A stretch of 64,000 bases of DNA, taken from assembly GCA_048013815.1 (NCBI GenBank), contig CM106585.1:10168001-10232000 (forward strand), read 5' to 3'. Shown piece by piece: positions 13,748 to 25,796 of the stretch. Below the pieces are notes generated by a model that did not search any database, was not told the DNA's origin, and saw nothing but the letters and a program-made list of their open reading frames with translations. How positions within the stretch are numbered: position 1 is the first letter of the stretch; each line of letters begins with the position of its first letter. Made by a program: the position numbers and the translations under genes. Source of the DNA: Setoptus koraiensis. Lineage: Eukaryota > Animalia > Arthropoda.

Positions 13748-14266
13748 TCATGTCGGTCCCTGAGTTGGCCCTTTTGTTTTACTTTTTCGTATTCGGGGAA
13801 GACGTTCTCTAGTCAATAAATTAGCAACATTTCGTTGCAATCTATGAAGACTTTTGATCTCTCTTCTGCGCTCTTCAGGGATTACCGGCTGATGAGTTGA
13901 TCTTCGACTGCCTTTGTGGCTAGTTGCGGGCTTTCTAGAACGCAAATTATACCTGTCGTGCCTCTCCTGTGAACGGCTTCCAGATCTATTTCTCCGGTGA
14001 TCTCTCTCGCTGCTCCTATATCGACGATCACTACTTCTCCTCCGATGATCCCTGTCACTACTTCTATTTCGTTGATCCCTGTCGCTACTTCTTCTCCGAT
14101 TTTTTCTGGTTGGATTTTTTGATCTGCCTCGTCTCCGCCGCTCATTGCCGGCATCACTAGTCGATGATCTACTACGAGATCGAGTTCTAAATCGTCTCCC
14201 GGAATCATTTTTTTGTCTCGATCCAAACTCATCGCTTCTCCTCCTGGTTCCTGAATACCTGGCCAT
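13748..14266 (-). CDS. Arg/Ser-rich basic low-complexity protein (~172 aa)
   Basis: ATG at 14266; RSRSRS and repeated RRSSDRD units encoded by ~24-nt DNA repeats; no recognisable folded domain. Confidence 0.55.
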   Translation of the reverse strand: MARYSGTRRRSDEFGSRQKNDSGRRFRTRSRSRSSTSDAGNERRRRGRSKNPTRKNRRRSSDRDQRNRSSDRDHRRRSSDRRYRSSERDHRRNRSGSRSQERHDRYNLRSRKPATSHKGSRRSTHQPVIPEERRREIKSLHRLQRNVANLLTRERLPRIRKSKTKGPTQGPT

Positions 14267-14678
14267 CAATACCTACCAGATGCAAATCAATCAATTTTTT
14301 TTTTCTTGAAGCTATTCCAATCTCTCAAGTACTTCATGAAGTTGGCCCAAAGGATAATGAGCAGATTGATTTTCTCTGAGCTTGTGCTTGGATTCTCTCG
14401 ATAAGTCACGCGCTTCTCAAACCCCAACACAGTTATATCTCATTCAGTAAACTGCCCCGCTATAGATGTTGTTGAGACGAAATAATTGCACAAGACAGTA
14501 GACTTTTGTTTAGTTGGACCGTACACAGGTGAAAAAGAAAATTTGAGTGGAATGAGATGACAGATCTGTACCTGGTTATTTGATGCTATACAATTAGGTG
14601 AACACACATACTGCACTCATTTGACTAATGTGTCAAGTTGAATTTTAATTGAATAAAATGCTTAGCAAATATATAAAT

Positions 14679-16265
14679 TTATATATCAGTTTTGATTGGC
14701 TTGATCTTCGTTTTTTTGTCTTCGTCGTCATCCAACTTCAGTTTACAATCTTCGAAGGCATCATTCTGCATTTCAAGCTCAGCCATCGAACCTTTTTTCA
14801 AGTCGGCCACGAATGGAGACCTGAGCCAACGCTTGAATATGAGATTCATTTGACCGCGTTTGACGGGGTCGCCCATGTTCACTGTTGGTATGATCCTGCG
14901 AGGTCTTAACCATTTAATAAATCTCTCTAAATCATTGTAGCTCGAATGTTCGCTGTAGGGAACTGGATAGATGGCGATGTTACCTTCGGTTTCGGGTCTC
15001 ATGTGTTTATTTCTTTTGTATTCCCAACCACTAGGTCTTAGCGCAACAATATTGTCAAAGTGATCATTGACCTTATCAAGATATTCTCTCATTCCTCTAC
15101 ACCAGAGATTCTTGAGAGGTAAAACGTGAATTTTTGCGTCTTTTTGCTCATCCACCAGCACAGCATTTAGGCGCTTGTCCTGCAAACAATCGAAATAGCC
15201 TCTTTTGTACTTGTTACACCAAACCTTGATATTGAGGGCTTCAGCTACAGCCATAAATACTTTTTCCTTTCCTATGCAATAAGAACCACAGACTATCAGA
15301 GTCCTCGGATTTATTTCCATGGCATATTTGCATATCGACACTGTGTTTTCCAGTACCTCTTTCTGGGAGGGAAAAGTTTTGGTAGTATCACAGAATGTAG
15401 TATCTAGAAAACAATGGTCAATGGGACCGTGCTTGATTTCAGCGATTTGCTCCATTTCTGGACATGCTCGGAAGTCGCCTGTGTGTAAATATCTCTTGTT
15501 GTTTGGCAACTCGAACAGTATGATGGCAGCGCCGGGACAGTGGTTGGCATCGTAAAATGTGCACCTAACACCATCAACATAGAAGGGCTGTCCGAGATCA
15601 TAGTCTTTTATAAATTTATTTGCTACATTGAATTTGTGTCTCACTAAACGTTTGGTTACCGGAGTACAATAGAGAGGATAACTAAAACCCTTGGTCAGTC
15701 CAATATAATGATCAGCGTGGAAATGTGACAAAAAATAATGCTTGAGTGTATCTGGTTCCTTTGCGAAATTGAAGGCATCAACGCAAATTGTTGTAAAGGG
15801 AATTCGCTTGTAAAATGGGCACCTGCGCCGCTCCTTCGCCTTAGTTTGATCGAATATCTTCTCTTCCTCGTAGTTGAATGTTTCGGCAAAATCTTCCTCG
15901 GAATACTTGCGCGGTGGCACATATGGTTTTACCTCACTAGTAGTCATAAGGCTGGAGGGTTTCTTCACAGAACAATAAATAGTTTGACACTCATCATCAT
16001 CATCGTCAAATTCAGTCAGGACAACTTCTTGTTTCTTGCTCTCGTCTCCGTTTTCGAGTGCCAGAATGGGAGAATCAGAAAATGATGTGTGCCCTACAGA
16101 GTGACGGGTAGCTTTATCGCCTGTTGACGTATTGAAACTGTCATTCCCAGGCTTGAAGAAAGCAGTCAACTTGAGTTGTCGTGAGGTTGGTGTTTTGTGA
16201 GGTTTGAGGCTTTTAATGAGATCAACTTTGGGTTGAGTATTTTTAGATTTTCGCACTGGAGCCAT
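14679..16265 (-). CDS. DCLRE1A: DNA cross-link repair protein SNM1A-like (metallo-beta-lactamase/beta-CASP nuclease), single exon, 528 aa
   Basis: Motifs FLSHFHADHYIGL, DANHCPGA, LHTGDFR, LDTTFC, YSEHSSY and IIPTVN. Confidence 0.92.
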   Translation of the reverse strand: MAPVRKSKNTQPKVDLIKSLKPHKTPTSRQLKLTAFFKPGNDSFNTSTGDKATRHSVGHTSFSDSPILALENGDESKKQEVVLTEFDDDDDECQTIYCSVKKPSSLMTTSEVKPYVPPRKYSEEDFAETFNYEEEKIFDQTKAKERRRCPFYKRIPFTTICVDAFNFAKEPDTLKHYFLSHFHADHYIGLTKGFSYPLYCTPVTKRLVRHKFNVANKFIKDYDLGQPFYVDGVRCTFYDANHCPGAAIILFELPNNKRYLHTGDFRACPEMEQIAEIKHGPIDHCFLDTTFCDTTKTFPSQKEVLENTVSICKYAMEINPRTLIVCGSYCIGKEKVFMAVAEALNIKVWCNKYKRGYFDCLQDKRLNAVLVDEQKDAKIHVLPLKNLWCRGMREYLDKVNDHFDNIVALRPSGWEYKRNKHMRPETEGNIAIYPVPYSEHSSYNDLERFIKWLRPRRIIPTVNMGDPVKRGQMNLIFKRWLRSPFVADLKKGSMAELEMQNDAFEDCKLKLDDDEDKKTKIKPIKTDI

Positions 16266-16930
16266 ATTTTATGGCGATCTACAGTTGAGTGGGGGCATAA
16301 AACAGATTCTTCTCCACTTTCCTCTAATGTGAATCTCACACATGCCATGCAAATAAATATAGTAGGGCGCCTGGCGTCTCTAATTCCTGTGGTGCCTCAT
16401 GTTTTTGCCGACATATTTACATTAGGTGATCAAATATTCATAAATTTATAGGGACCACAATTGATTGAGGATGAGGAGTGTGATGGCATTACAATCAAGT
16501 CATCTTTTCAGTGGCCTCGAAAAAATTGTAAACAATGAACGTGAACTGGACGCCTGGCGGACATTCATGCGCACTACAAACAACCATATGACAATGATTA
16601 GAACAGCTGGTTTATCTTGTCGAGACATTTCTACATTCTGGATTGCCAAGAATTTATTTATCTGGCTGTAACAAACATGAGTCATCATTCTGAGGAGAAG
16701 CCATTCGTCATCACTCACCGAGTCTCTTCGATGATTACGTATCATTGTAGAGAGATATCATTAGAATAGCTTTGGTTTCGGAGTTTCATTTGGTTCAATT
16801 TAGGCCAAGTATATTATTGTCTGTGTCGAATAACATCTATTTCTCAGTTATCGCCTAGTCGCTCTATTTTTCACTAGAATTAATCTTATAAATAATTTAC
16901 ACAAGGAAACAACATACAAACTGCCATCCT

Positions 16931-17749
16931 ATGGAATTCCCAAACCTTGGCCAACAGTGTGCATTAATAGAATGTAAGCAATTGGACTTTTTACCGGTAA
17001 AATGCGATGCCTGTGATCAAATATTTTGCGCCCATCATTTCACCTACGATAATCACAAATGCAGCAAAGCAAAAGCAAGAGATGTCCAAGTTCCAGTCTG
17101 TCCCATTTGTTCCGAACCAGTGCCCAGTAAAAGGGGCGAACTGCCTGATGTGGCTGTATCGTTGCACATAGATCGATATTGTCGCAAGAATGACAAACTG
17201 GATCCGTCTAAAAGAGTCCAGCCAACTAGCAACTTAGAGAAATGTAATTTTGGTAGATGCAAACAAAAAGATATAATTTATCTACAATGTAGCGATTGTA
17301 AGTCAAAATTCTGCTTAAAGCATCGCCATCCCCTAGATCATCAATGCCCCGGACCCAAAACTCAATGGCAATCATTCGCTGGTGCATGTTCGTCAAGCGC
17401 CTCGTTAGGCACAACAAAGTTACGATCTACCGCGCACCAATGCGCCACAAGCATTGCCAATGGAGCGTCCAAAGCTCACAGTATCATGAGCAGATCTGGT
17501 CAAGAAGCCTTGAATCGACTCAAGAGTAACTCATCCAATTCTACTAGTACTAACGCCAATAGACCAAGGAACGAAATTGTCGAAAGTATTCAGGGCACCT
17601 TGAGCGAACAAGACGCGCTAGATATTGCCATGAGCAACTCCATTGCCGAACAACAGAATCAAAGAAATAGCTCGGTTCTGTCTGATTCACAGCAGCTCAC
17701 GACCAATAGAAGAAATAGTTCCAAGCAGAATGGCTGCACCATGAGTTGA
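16931..17749 (+). CDS. ZFAND2B: AN1-type zinc finger protein 2 (AIRAP/AIRAPL-like), single exon, 272 aa
   Basis: MEFPNLGQQC...LDFLPVKCDACDQIFCAHH...DVQVPVCPIC; a second AN1 finger (CSDCKSKFCLKHRHPLDHQC); UIM-like SEQDALDIAMSNS; C-terminal CaaX (CTMS). Transcribed divergently from DCLRE1A. Confidence 0.92.
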   Translation: MEFPNLGQQCALIECKQLDFLPVKCDACDQIFCAHHFTYDNHKCSKAKARDVQVPVCPICSEPVPSKRGELPDVAVSLHIDRYCRKNDKLDPSKRVQPTSNLEKCNFGRCKQKDIIYLQCSDCKSKFCLKHRHPLDHQCPGPKTQWQSFAGACSSSASLGTTKLRSTAHQCATSIANGASKAHSIMSRSGQEALNRLKSNSSNSTSTNANRPRNEIVESIQGTLSEQDALDIAMSNSIAEQQNQRNSSVLSDSQQLTTNRRNSSKQNGCTMS

Positions 17750-18207
17750 ATTAAAATTGTGTGCAACCTAGGACTCCACTCTAGAATTATATTAATTATC
17801 CATGTCATTCATTCATTTAGTTGAGGTGGGCACATCAGGGAATAAACACTAAGCATTATCCTCCCAAGAATAATACGGCCAGTGAGGAACTAATCTCACT
17901 CATTAGAACTTTGATTATGTCATGGAATAGATGGATGGATAGCGCTTCTACGTAAAAGGAATGCATCTTGTCTTGTTCATGTTTCATATCATCAGCTTTC
18001 GACCGAAAGGATAACACTGAAGATCAACTTCGAGAAAACTGTTTTAATTAAGTCAAAATAGAGCACCAGTAGATCTATAGTCAATAGACCTGATGGTGGT
18101 TTTTAGACATGATCCTGATGCTGTTGTGAATAAAGTGTTTTACAGTTTTGAACTTTTTTGTTAGACACCAGTATTCCATTTGGCCTACTTCCAAATTAAA
18201 TCCATTA

Positions 18208-19410
18208 TCAGTGCTCAGCGGTGTCACCCAGATAACGACCGAGCAATTTCAAAAAGTTTTCGGTGATGAATCGACCTCTAATCGAGTCAATCACTTCAGT
18301 TCTAACCACACCATTATGTCTAGGAGAATTTGTTGTTCGTTTTAAAAGTCGGTTCAAGATGTCTGGCAATGAGTCACGAATGCCGCTAGCATCAGCATTT
18401 ATATCTTCTTTTAGGTAAACTATTTTTCTAGCTAATGATGGGCTGAACTCAAATGATTTGAATTCGATTTCTCTGAGATTTTCTTGATCGCTACTGAAAG
18501 TTAATTTCAAAGGGGAATGTCCAGGTGCTTCGTCACTGACTATCAACTTGATTATTTCGCACATTTGAGCCGTTATTATCCACCAAAACAGGTCATTATT
18601 GTAAGCAAGATCTAAACTTGGCACTGGTTCTGTATAACCCTTTTCTGACAATTTTGCGATAGTGTATATTATGTCCCGCTGATACACAAACAAATGCTGA
18701 CATGCCCAATGAATCCTGTCTAGATTCTTCAAGACATCATCCGAATGCTTTATGCTCACAGTTGGTGCATTTTTCATGTTTGCCATTATTTCCTCAGAGA
18801 AAACAAGCCCCTCTAGTCTATCGCCATTCGTTACAAGCGGAATATTATTGGCCTGTTTTCCTGGCCAATAAAACTGTGCATCGAATAAGCCAATTTCATC
18901 AGTGACGTTGAATATCAAATTTTTAACAGTGTCCATAAGAAAGGGAAAATCTGCATCTTTTTTCACTAACGCTAACTTATCTAGTAACACTCCCTTACAT
19001 AGAGCGATGACTTTTCTCACATAAAAATGAAAGACATTTCCAAGGCTATGTCTAAGAGAGAGAAGTCTTTCATCGTGATATCTGGCAAGATAATCATGAA
19101 CAAATGTATAGCTACAAACGTCGCTCTCTTTACCAACCTCTATAATATTTTTCAGCTCTCTAACGTCATGAACAGGATCTGTTTTTGTGTTGAGACAAAC
19201 ACTCAATAGATTATATGTGGGGCGCTCTTGGCTAAGTTTAATAAAATGTTGAGCGAAATTTTCATTGAAATCGTCCAAAGTGGTTACTTTCTTGAGTAAA
19301 TCAGAACAATTGCGCAATTGTTCATCCTTAAATATACGAACCGATTCAGCAAACTTCAAAAATGTTGCTGTGACTAATATCAGAATGAACAGCTCTGATG
19401 AGATTGCCAT
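18208..19410 (-). CDS. Orphan secreted Cys-patterned protein (400 aa), paralog of 55620-57326
   Basis: First ATG at 19410 gives the signal-peptide-like MAISSELFILILVTATFLKFAES. Long intronless ORF sharing two conserved blocks with the 55620 protein. Confidence 0.75.
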   Translation of the reverse strand: MAISSELFILILVTATFLKFAESVRIFKDEQLRNCSDLLKKVTTLDDFNENFAQHFIKLSQERPTYNLLSVCLNTKTDPVHDVRELKNIIEVGKESDVCSYTFVHDYLARYHDERLLSLRHSLGNVFHFYVRKVIALCKGVLLDKLALVKKDADFPFLMDTVKNLIFNVTDEIGLFDAQFYWPGKQANNIPLVTNGDRLEGLVFSEEIMANMKNAPTVSIKHSDDVLKNLDRIHWACQHLFVYQRDIIYTIAKLSEKGYTEPVPSLDLAYNNDLFWWIITAQMCEIIKLIVSDEAPGHSPLKLTFSSDQENLREIEFKSFEFSPSLARKIVYLKEDINADASGIRDSLPDILNRLLKRTTNSPRHNGVVRTEVIDSIRGRFITENFLKLLGRYLGDTAEH

Positions 19411-20629
19411 CTTGTTGTTCCTGTGCGAATCGTTTATATCCCAATGAAAATATAAAGTTGGACTGAACAAACTCGAAACTCAATCGCGGTAATTAGCTAA
19501 AGCATAATACTTCGCTCGAATCATCTGGATATTTGGCACACATGGATGAGTTATACTAAGTTGGATACTCGAACTGGATTCTATTTATAAATTGCGAACG
19601 ATTCTTAAATAATTTGGACACGAATAGGCAAGGCACCCTCAGGGGAGATATGCAAACACTACGCTTGCGGGAAATTAGATTGGAAACAGTGTATGCCTAG
19701 TCGTGCCTGCACTTGTTGATATTCTTCTTATATTTCGTGCTTCAATCCGATCGCGGTAAATTTTTGTCAGCTCATGACTCTCCCTCCGCTGCCACTAGAA
19801 CTATTCATGACTGACGAGCATGCGAAAGTTAGTATCGTAAGTTTGGAAACTCCAATATTGGAGAGTTGGCAAGGCGACGATTAGAATATTCGGTTCTATC
19901 AGTTCACGTGCAACATCCTTCCTAGTCACAGATGGAAGCATCCTTGACCAAGCGAACGCAGGAATGACCGACGATTTTAGATTGTCGTCAGGGGATTAAG
20001 GAAAGTCAAAGTGCAACAGAATCAAGCTACGCGCCGGTTACCTTTCGTTCATAAATGGTTTCTCCATAAATCTTTTTTCCAACTAAGTATTGTTGGTGAT
20101 CGCCATCCATCGTTTTTAGAGTGATTAGACGAAAGACTCTTACCTGTCCCATCTCCCGTTTCTATTTTGGGAGCTGGGAGCTTTTCATTCCAACGGGGAG
20201 CTTCCCGATAGCCGGGAAAGGCGCCACAGAATTAGCTTAAAAGTAAGCAAATCAATACAATTATTAATGAAATCATGTAAGATCATACGAAATTTATGTT
20301 TCGTCTCTCGTCTAGATTGGGGATCTCCCCATTTTTCTGGGATATCCAAATATTTTCCCGGAGAGTTGACCTCCCCACCTCCTCTAATCCTTGCGTTTTC
20401 AACTCACTCTGAAGCCTGGTGTTCTAATTCAAAAACTTAAGCTCTATATCCAAATTGTAAAGAAAATGGCTAATTCATTTCATCGTATCAATATAGTAAT
20501 CAAAAATCAAATTACATGAACTCAGCATCAACAACTGTTTGGTGGAATCTTAGGAAATCAACTGTTGTTTGATCGAAATTCTTTTTTAGCTTGAACATAG
20601 CATATGTATATGACGACTCCGATTGTCAT

Positions 20630-23600
20630 CTAGGCGCCAGGAGCTGGTAGTGTCTCGAGATCAGAAATGGATCCTTCAACTTCAAATCCGACTTCAAAAT
20701 CTATCTTCACTTTATCTCTTTTCCTAGGCATTTCAATGGATTCAAACTGCTGGTTTTCCATCGATTCAGTTTGTAGTTTGATTTGTCCTTTGGGTTCACT
20801 CGTGTATTCCTGCAAAAATTTTTCGATGGATTTTGAGACGAAATTTTCTTGTCTGACATACGTTTTAATATCCTCCATTATAGAGACTCCGACTTTTGCG
20901 TGAGCTTTGAGATGAGAATAATGCCCTACGAAGAAAGCATCTACTTTTTTAGTCGCTTCTTTTTCTGAGGCCGACTTGATAAGTGATGATCCAACGTCCT
21001 GTCAACAACGAGTATAAGAGTAGAAATGGTTAGGTCAAGGAATTCATATGCTGCAACAAGGACCACGATCGCCACGGTAATTTGCTATTATCTTAACCTA
21101 GGTGATTTTTTTTTTCAGAAAAAAGAGTCGTAGCTAGTTCGCCAACTTCGCCTCTTGCAACCTACCTTGATTACTTTTATGAAAATATCCATGCCAAGTT
21201 GATTATAAAATCTATTGAAATTGTGATCCATAAATTCCCACAGCACTTGTCGACCCACATCTGATGCAGCCATATATTGTAGGTACCTATGTCTATTACT
21301 ATCGCGAACATAGTAACTATTCAGTATCCAATCTATTACTTTACGAGCTTTTGATTTTTCTTCGACTTGGCATAAGGCTAGCGCAATGGACTGTTTTGAC
21401 CCGCTGAAATCTGTCTTTCTGTATAGTTCAAATAGGGCGTCGAATTGATCGTCATCACCAAATTGTGTCACGGCATAATAGATGACCCCTTTGATGGATG
21501 GATCTACTAATTGTTCGTTGTAATAATAAATCAGCTCAAATCTCCTGAGACCTTCCGCTACTGCTGGCTCGTATGCAGTAATAAGACCAGTCTTGAGTAC
21601 TGATGGCCTAGCTATGGTTGTTGCATAAGCTTCATTGCGGTTGCTATCCCAACCAGAGTACCTATACCGATGATAGATACTCTTGAAAAGTTGTCTGCCA
21701 AACTCTTTGAACTTTTTCCGTACACTGGGTGACTTGACAAAGCTTAGCATATTTAGATAGACATCAATTAACTTTGTCACCACTGAACCATTGTCTTCGC
21801 CTTTATAAGAGTTGGTCATTCGCAACATTTCTCTGGCTGACAATTTACCGGCCAAAGTTAAACTATGAGCATCGGCAAGTAGATTGTATCTATCTATTGC
21901 AGATAACTGCTTAGATTCTATGGCAGGATAAAGAGCCTCTCTCAATTCTTTCGAATAGTTTACACAGTAGAAACCTTTGAAATTTGCATTCAATTTTATC
22001 CATTCTCCATGCTGATCATCAACATGAATCTTAGATTTTTCATGCGATAAAACGCCCTTTTGTGTTACATGTGATTTTCCATCGCTCGTAATGAAAGTAA
22101 TAGGCACAATCCAGTTGGGTTTACCTTTATTGGATCCGAATAGATTTTTCCATACGGAGTCAGCACTAGAGACATCAGATGTGAATTTCTTTTGAACTAT
22201 ATCCAATTTGATGGTGAGCTTATCTTTATCTAAGATTTTCTTGGAAATCGATACATCCAAGTAGGGATAGCCCGCTTGACTTGTCCACGATTGCATCATC
22301 TCTTTGATTGGTTCACTACTAACGAACTCCATCGCTGCCCAGAGATCATTTGTTTCGGTATTTCCGTAGGAATGTTTTCTTAAATAATGTTCTAAACCTG
22401 CACGGAATACACTGTCGGACAAGTGATCTTTGAGCTGGCCCACAATGGAGGCACCTTTGTTGTAGGAGATATTATCGAATATAGTTTCGATCTCTTGAGG
22501 GTCATTCACAGAAGCTTGCACTGGATGAGTAGAATGTTTAGCATCGTCGAACAAGGCAACTGCGTGAGAATTTACAACAAACTTTTCCATACTATCGTAT
22601 TGTGGATACAATTCGCTTATGACAAAATATTGCATATATGTAGCAAAGCCCTCATTTAGCCAGAGATCGTCCCACCATGACATTGTGACCAAATTTCCGA
22701 ACCATTGGTGAGAAACCTCGTGTGCCACTGTTTCGGCCACCAAAACTTTGAGCTGCACCGGTGAATTCTCATCGTCGATCAACAAATGTGATTCTCTAAA
22801 AGTTATGAGACCCCAATTTTCCATTGCACCCATTTGGAAATCTGGTATGGCTATCAGGTCTAGTTTTTGTAACGGGAATTCAATATTGAAATAATCCTCT
22901 AGGAATGGCAAACTTTTCAGTGCGACATCAAGCGCGAATTTACCAAATTGTCCGCTGCCTGGCGAAGAGTAAACTCTAATAGGTCGCCCTTTATTTGTGC
23001 CCTCAACATAGTCAAACTCACCCATAATGAAGGCCAGCAAATAGGTTGACATCTTGGGTGTCGTTGCAAACGAAACAGCCTTCTTGTCTCCAAGATCATA
23101 TTCTGATTTGACATGCATATTCGACAGGGCCAGACGGTCTTTTGGTACCATCAAAACAACATCAAAAGTGGCCTTCAAAGCTGGCTCGTCAAAACAAGGC
23201 AATGCTCTACGGGCATTAGTAGGCTCGAAGTCTGTTGTTGCATGATATCTTCTCTCGCCGCTGGCACTTGTATATTCGCTTCTGTAGAATCCCTTCATGT
23301 CATTGCGAATTTCTCCCCTGTATTTGATGGTTAATCGCCCCTTTCCATTGGAGAGATTCGATCGTAGATCTAGCCTAACTATTTCAAACTTTGGACTTTG
23401 ACAGACTCTTACCACCTCTATTACTTCACCATTTTCAGTAGTATAGAAAGCGTCCAAGATATCCAATCCGAGCGAATGCAATACAATTTTATTGCTCAAA
23501 TGTGTCTCTCCGTGTCCAATTTTTTCTAGATCGACCTCAACATCTACAGTTATTGCGTTATGGAAGGTGAAGTATGTCATTTCTGGCTCAATTGCCAAAT

Positions 23601-23847
23601 TATAATGCACTGGTTTGACGTGATTTGGCAATCTTATTCTGTCATAGCAATTGTCATCAACGTCATAAATTCTCGTATTGGGTTCCAGGGAAAAATCTCG
23701 AGCCAACTGGATAATTTGCCGAACTTCCGAACTCATTTCGTGGCTCACTGACGGGTCGATTGACCACAGCAGCAAATAGTCGACGATAATCAGACATTTC
23801 ACTACAGCGCCCAATGACACTCTGGTGCACTTCATCGTTATTTTCAT
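20630..23847 (-). CDS. M1-family zinc aminopeptidase (puromycin-sensitive aminopeptidase-like) with N-terminal signal/anchor; exons 23847-21166 and 20998-20630, ~1016 aa
   Basis: GAMEN and HEVSH-x18-E (WLNEGFAT) motifs, FEPTNARRALPCFDEP, YNKGASIV. Donor AAG|GTAGGT at 21166 and acceptor acag|GAC at 20998 (phase 0) join in frame to the 20630-20878 ORF. Confidence 0.9.
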
Positions 23848-24213
23848 TCTTTCAACTTAATCTCTTTAAAATCCTAGTCGAAACTCGTATGTAATTAGAT
23901 CAATATTGCAAGTTTGACACATGATGAGTCGATCATGTGTCGTTCTTTCATCTAACAATGGATTTCTGACTGATCACATTTTTATATAAAATTTTATGAC
24001 CGCCACCTTAAAATCGAGAGCTATGAATAGAAATGGGATTTAGTGGTGGTTTAACGAAAATAGACGACGTATTTCTATCATACACAAGCAAAGATTTGGA
24101 GTTTGTTTTAGAAGTGGCTCTCTGCCTAGAAATAACGAGCATCTCGATAAATTCAGAAAGTATACAGTGAGATTGTCGGCTTTGAACAATGGCAAGAATT
24201 GTTACCAATCAAT

Positions 24214-24825
24214 TTATTTAGCATTTTGTTGCATCTTTCTAATTGATCTATCGAGGACATCTAAGTGTAAAGTGAGTCTGCACATAACCCAATAGGAATG
24301 AAACTGAGCTAGATCTGGATTTGACTCTTTCATCAAATCATGCAATACTTTTTCATCGAAGTTTGTCTCCCTCATCCAGTGTATGATATTGCTCATGCTA
24401 TTATAATATCCCTCTGTCAATATTTCACAAGCCGGATATATTTGGGTATTTTGCGCAATCTCTTTTTTCATTTGTGTGAAGATGGCTCTCCTCTCCGAAC
24501 TATCCGTAGACCACAAATGTTGAACGGTGTCCCAAACATCATCGACGGGTCGTTGTTGTGCATTCACTGAGGCAACAATTGAGCTGGCAAACTGCTTGAC
24601 AGTATCGCTTATTGGAACGAGAGGTTTATCGGCGACTGATTCAATACAGCGCCTCATAACATCTTGATTGAACTGATTTCGTTCCGGAAGTCCAATCATG
24701 CTTGTACTACGGTACATATCCTCGGAATTGAAGCATGTGGGTATGGCAGCGAGAGACGCCCTTGGTAAAATCGTAAGGACGTTACCAAAGAATACAAGAA
24801 CCACCAGGCAAATATGATTTTTCAT
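24214..24825 (-). CDS. Orphan secreted protein (203 aa, 4 Cys in the mature part)
   Basis: ATG plus hydrophobic MKNHICLVVLVFFGNVLTILPRASLA; single exon; no recognisable domain. Confidence 0.75.
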   Translation of the reverse strand: MKNHICLVVLVFFGNVLTILPRASLAAIPTCFNSEDMYRSTSMIGLPERNQFNQDVMRRCIESVADKPLVPISDTVKQFASSIVASVNAQQRPVDDVWDTVQHLWSTDSSERRAIFTQMKKEIAQNTQIYPACEILTEGYYNSMSNIIHWMRETNFDEKVLHDLMKESNPDLAQFHSYWVMCRLTLHLDVLDRSIRKMQQNAK

Positions 24826-25256
24826 ATTTTCTTTGTGCGTTTGTAAAATGGTTATATATTTATTTATATTCGTCCTTTCTTGTTATTTAATTCTATTACT
24901 GCCGATTCCAACTGTCTGAAAAATGAATTGTTCATTTCATGAATCTCATTTTCCTCGATCGATGTTTAGTGAAAAAGAATAAATTGAAAACGCACTTTTG
25001 TGTTTTTCTATGCCTTAGTAGCAACAACAGTACACCGAACATTCTATTTATAGTTCGACAAATGAAGCTACTTTCATTCACAACAATTCACATTTTTTCG
25101 CCTTATTTTTTCCTAGTGATCATGTCGTTTTCGAAAAATATCACGATGATTTGGGATGCTTGTTAGTACAGCGATAAGAAGAAAATTTCAACTTGTTGAA
25201 ATAATTCGGCATGATTCGGAATCGTGTTTGGCCTTTTTCACAGCGTGCTTGCCGCA

Positions 25257-25584
25257 TCGAAAGAGTTGATATTTTCATTTAAAGTCACGCTTTAGATATC
25301 TTACCTATATAGAAATTTCATTTTATTTATACGAGAACCATTGGCAGAAAATTGAAGGTTCTCAAAAAAAAACACCTTGTTTAGATTTTTTGCAGTAAAT
25401 TTATATATGCATATATATGCAGTAATTTATATAACAGATCCATAAAGAAGTACTTGGAAAATGCGCATTTTCAATGTGAAAATAAACCGGAAATACACTT
25501 TTTCCATTTTTTTTTCTTTTCGTGACACGAAATCGTGTGGCGGTTGCACTGAGAATTTCCAAATGAAAATATCAATATTTTCGA
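25257..25584. repeat. Imperfect 24-bp inverted repeat bounding AT-rich DNA (possible decayed MITE)
   Basis: TCGAAAGAGTTGATATTTTCATTT (25257-25280) versus AAATGAAAATATCAATATTTTCGA (25561-25584): 21/24 complementary, inner 15 bp perfect. No target-site duplication identified. Confidence 0.4.
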
Positions 25585-25643
25585 GCGAGTGAGAAGACTG
25601 TCGGGTAGAAAAGAGGCGCCATTGTGTTTTTGTGTTGAAATTG

Positions 25644-25649
25644 TTTATT
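25644..25649 (-). promoter_or_regulatory. Candidate polyadenylation signal (AATAAA) of the silk-like gene
   Basis: TTTATT on + strand, ~150 nt downstream of the stop at 25797. Confidence 0.45.
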
Positions 25650-25796
25650 TCAATATTATGTATATAAAAAAGTCTTGCTCTGTTTTGTTTAACTTGACTT
25701 AAATTTGTTACTGTACATACTACACACTAACATTCGTATTTTGTTGTTGACGCACAATGGTTATCCTAATCAGCATTAGATTGTTGTAGCATGCGG

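Noticed and set aside
16465-16745. Short ORFs between DCLRE1A and ZFAND2B, with a GTGAGT...TACAG intron-like segment on the minus strand
   Set aside because: No homology; more simply explained as 5' UTR/promoter sequence of the divergent gene pair.
20630-20878. Stand-alone 82-aa ORF
   Set aside because: It is the 3' part of aminopeptidase exon 2.
24008-24208. 66-aa ORF right after the 24214 gene
   Set aside because: No signal or motif; probably 3' UTR/intergenic.
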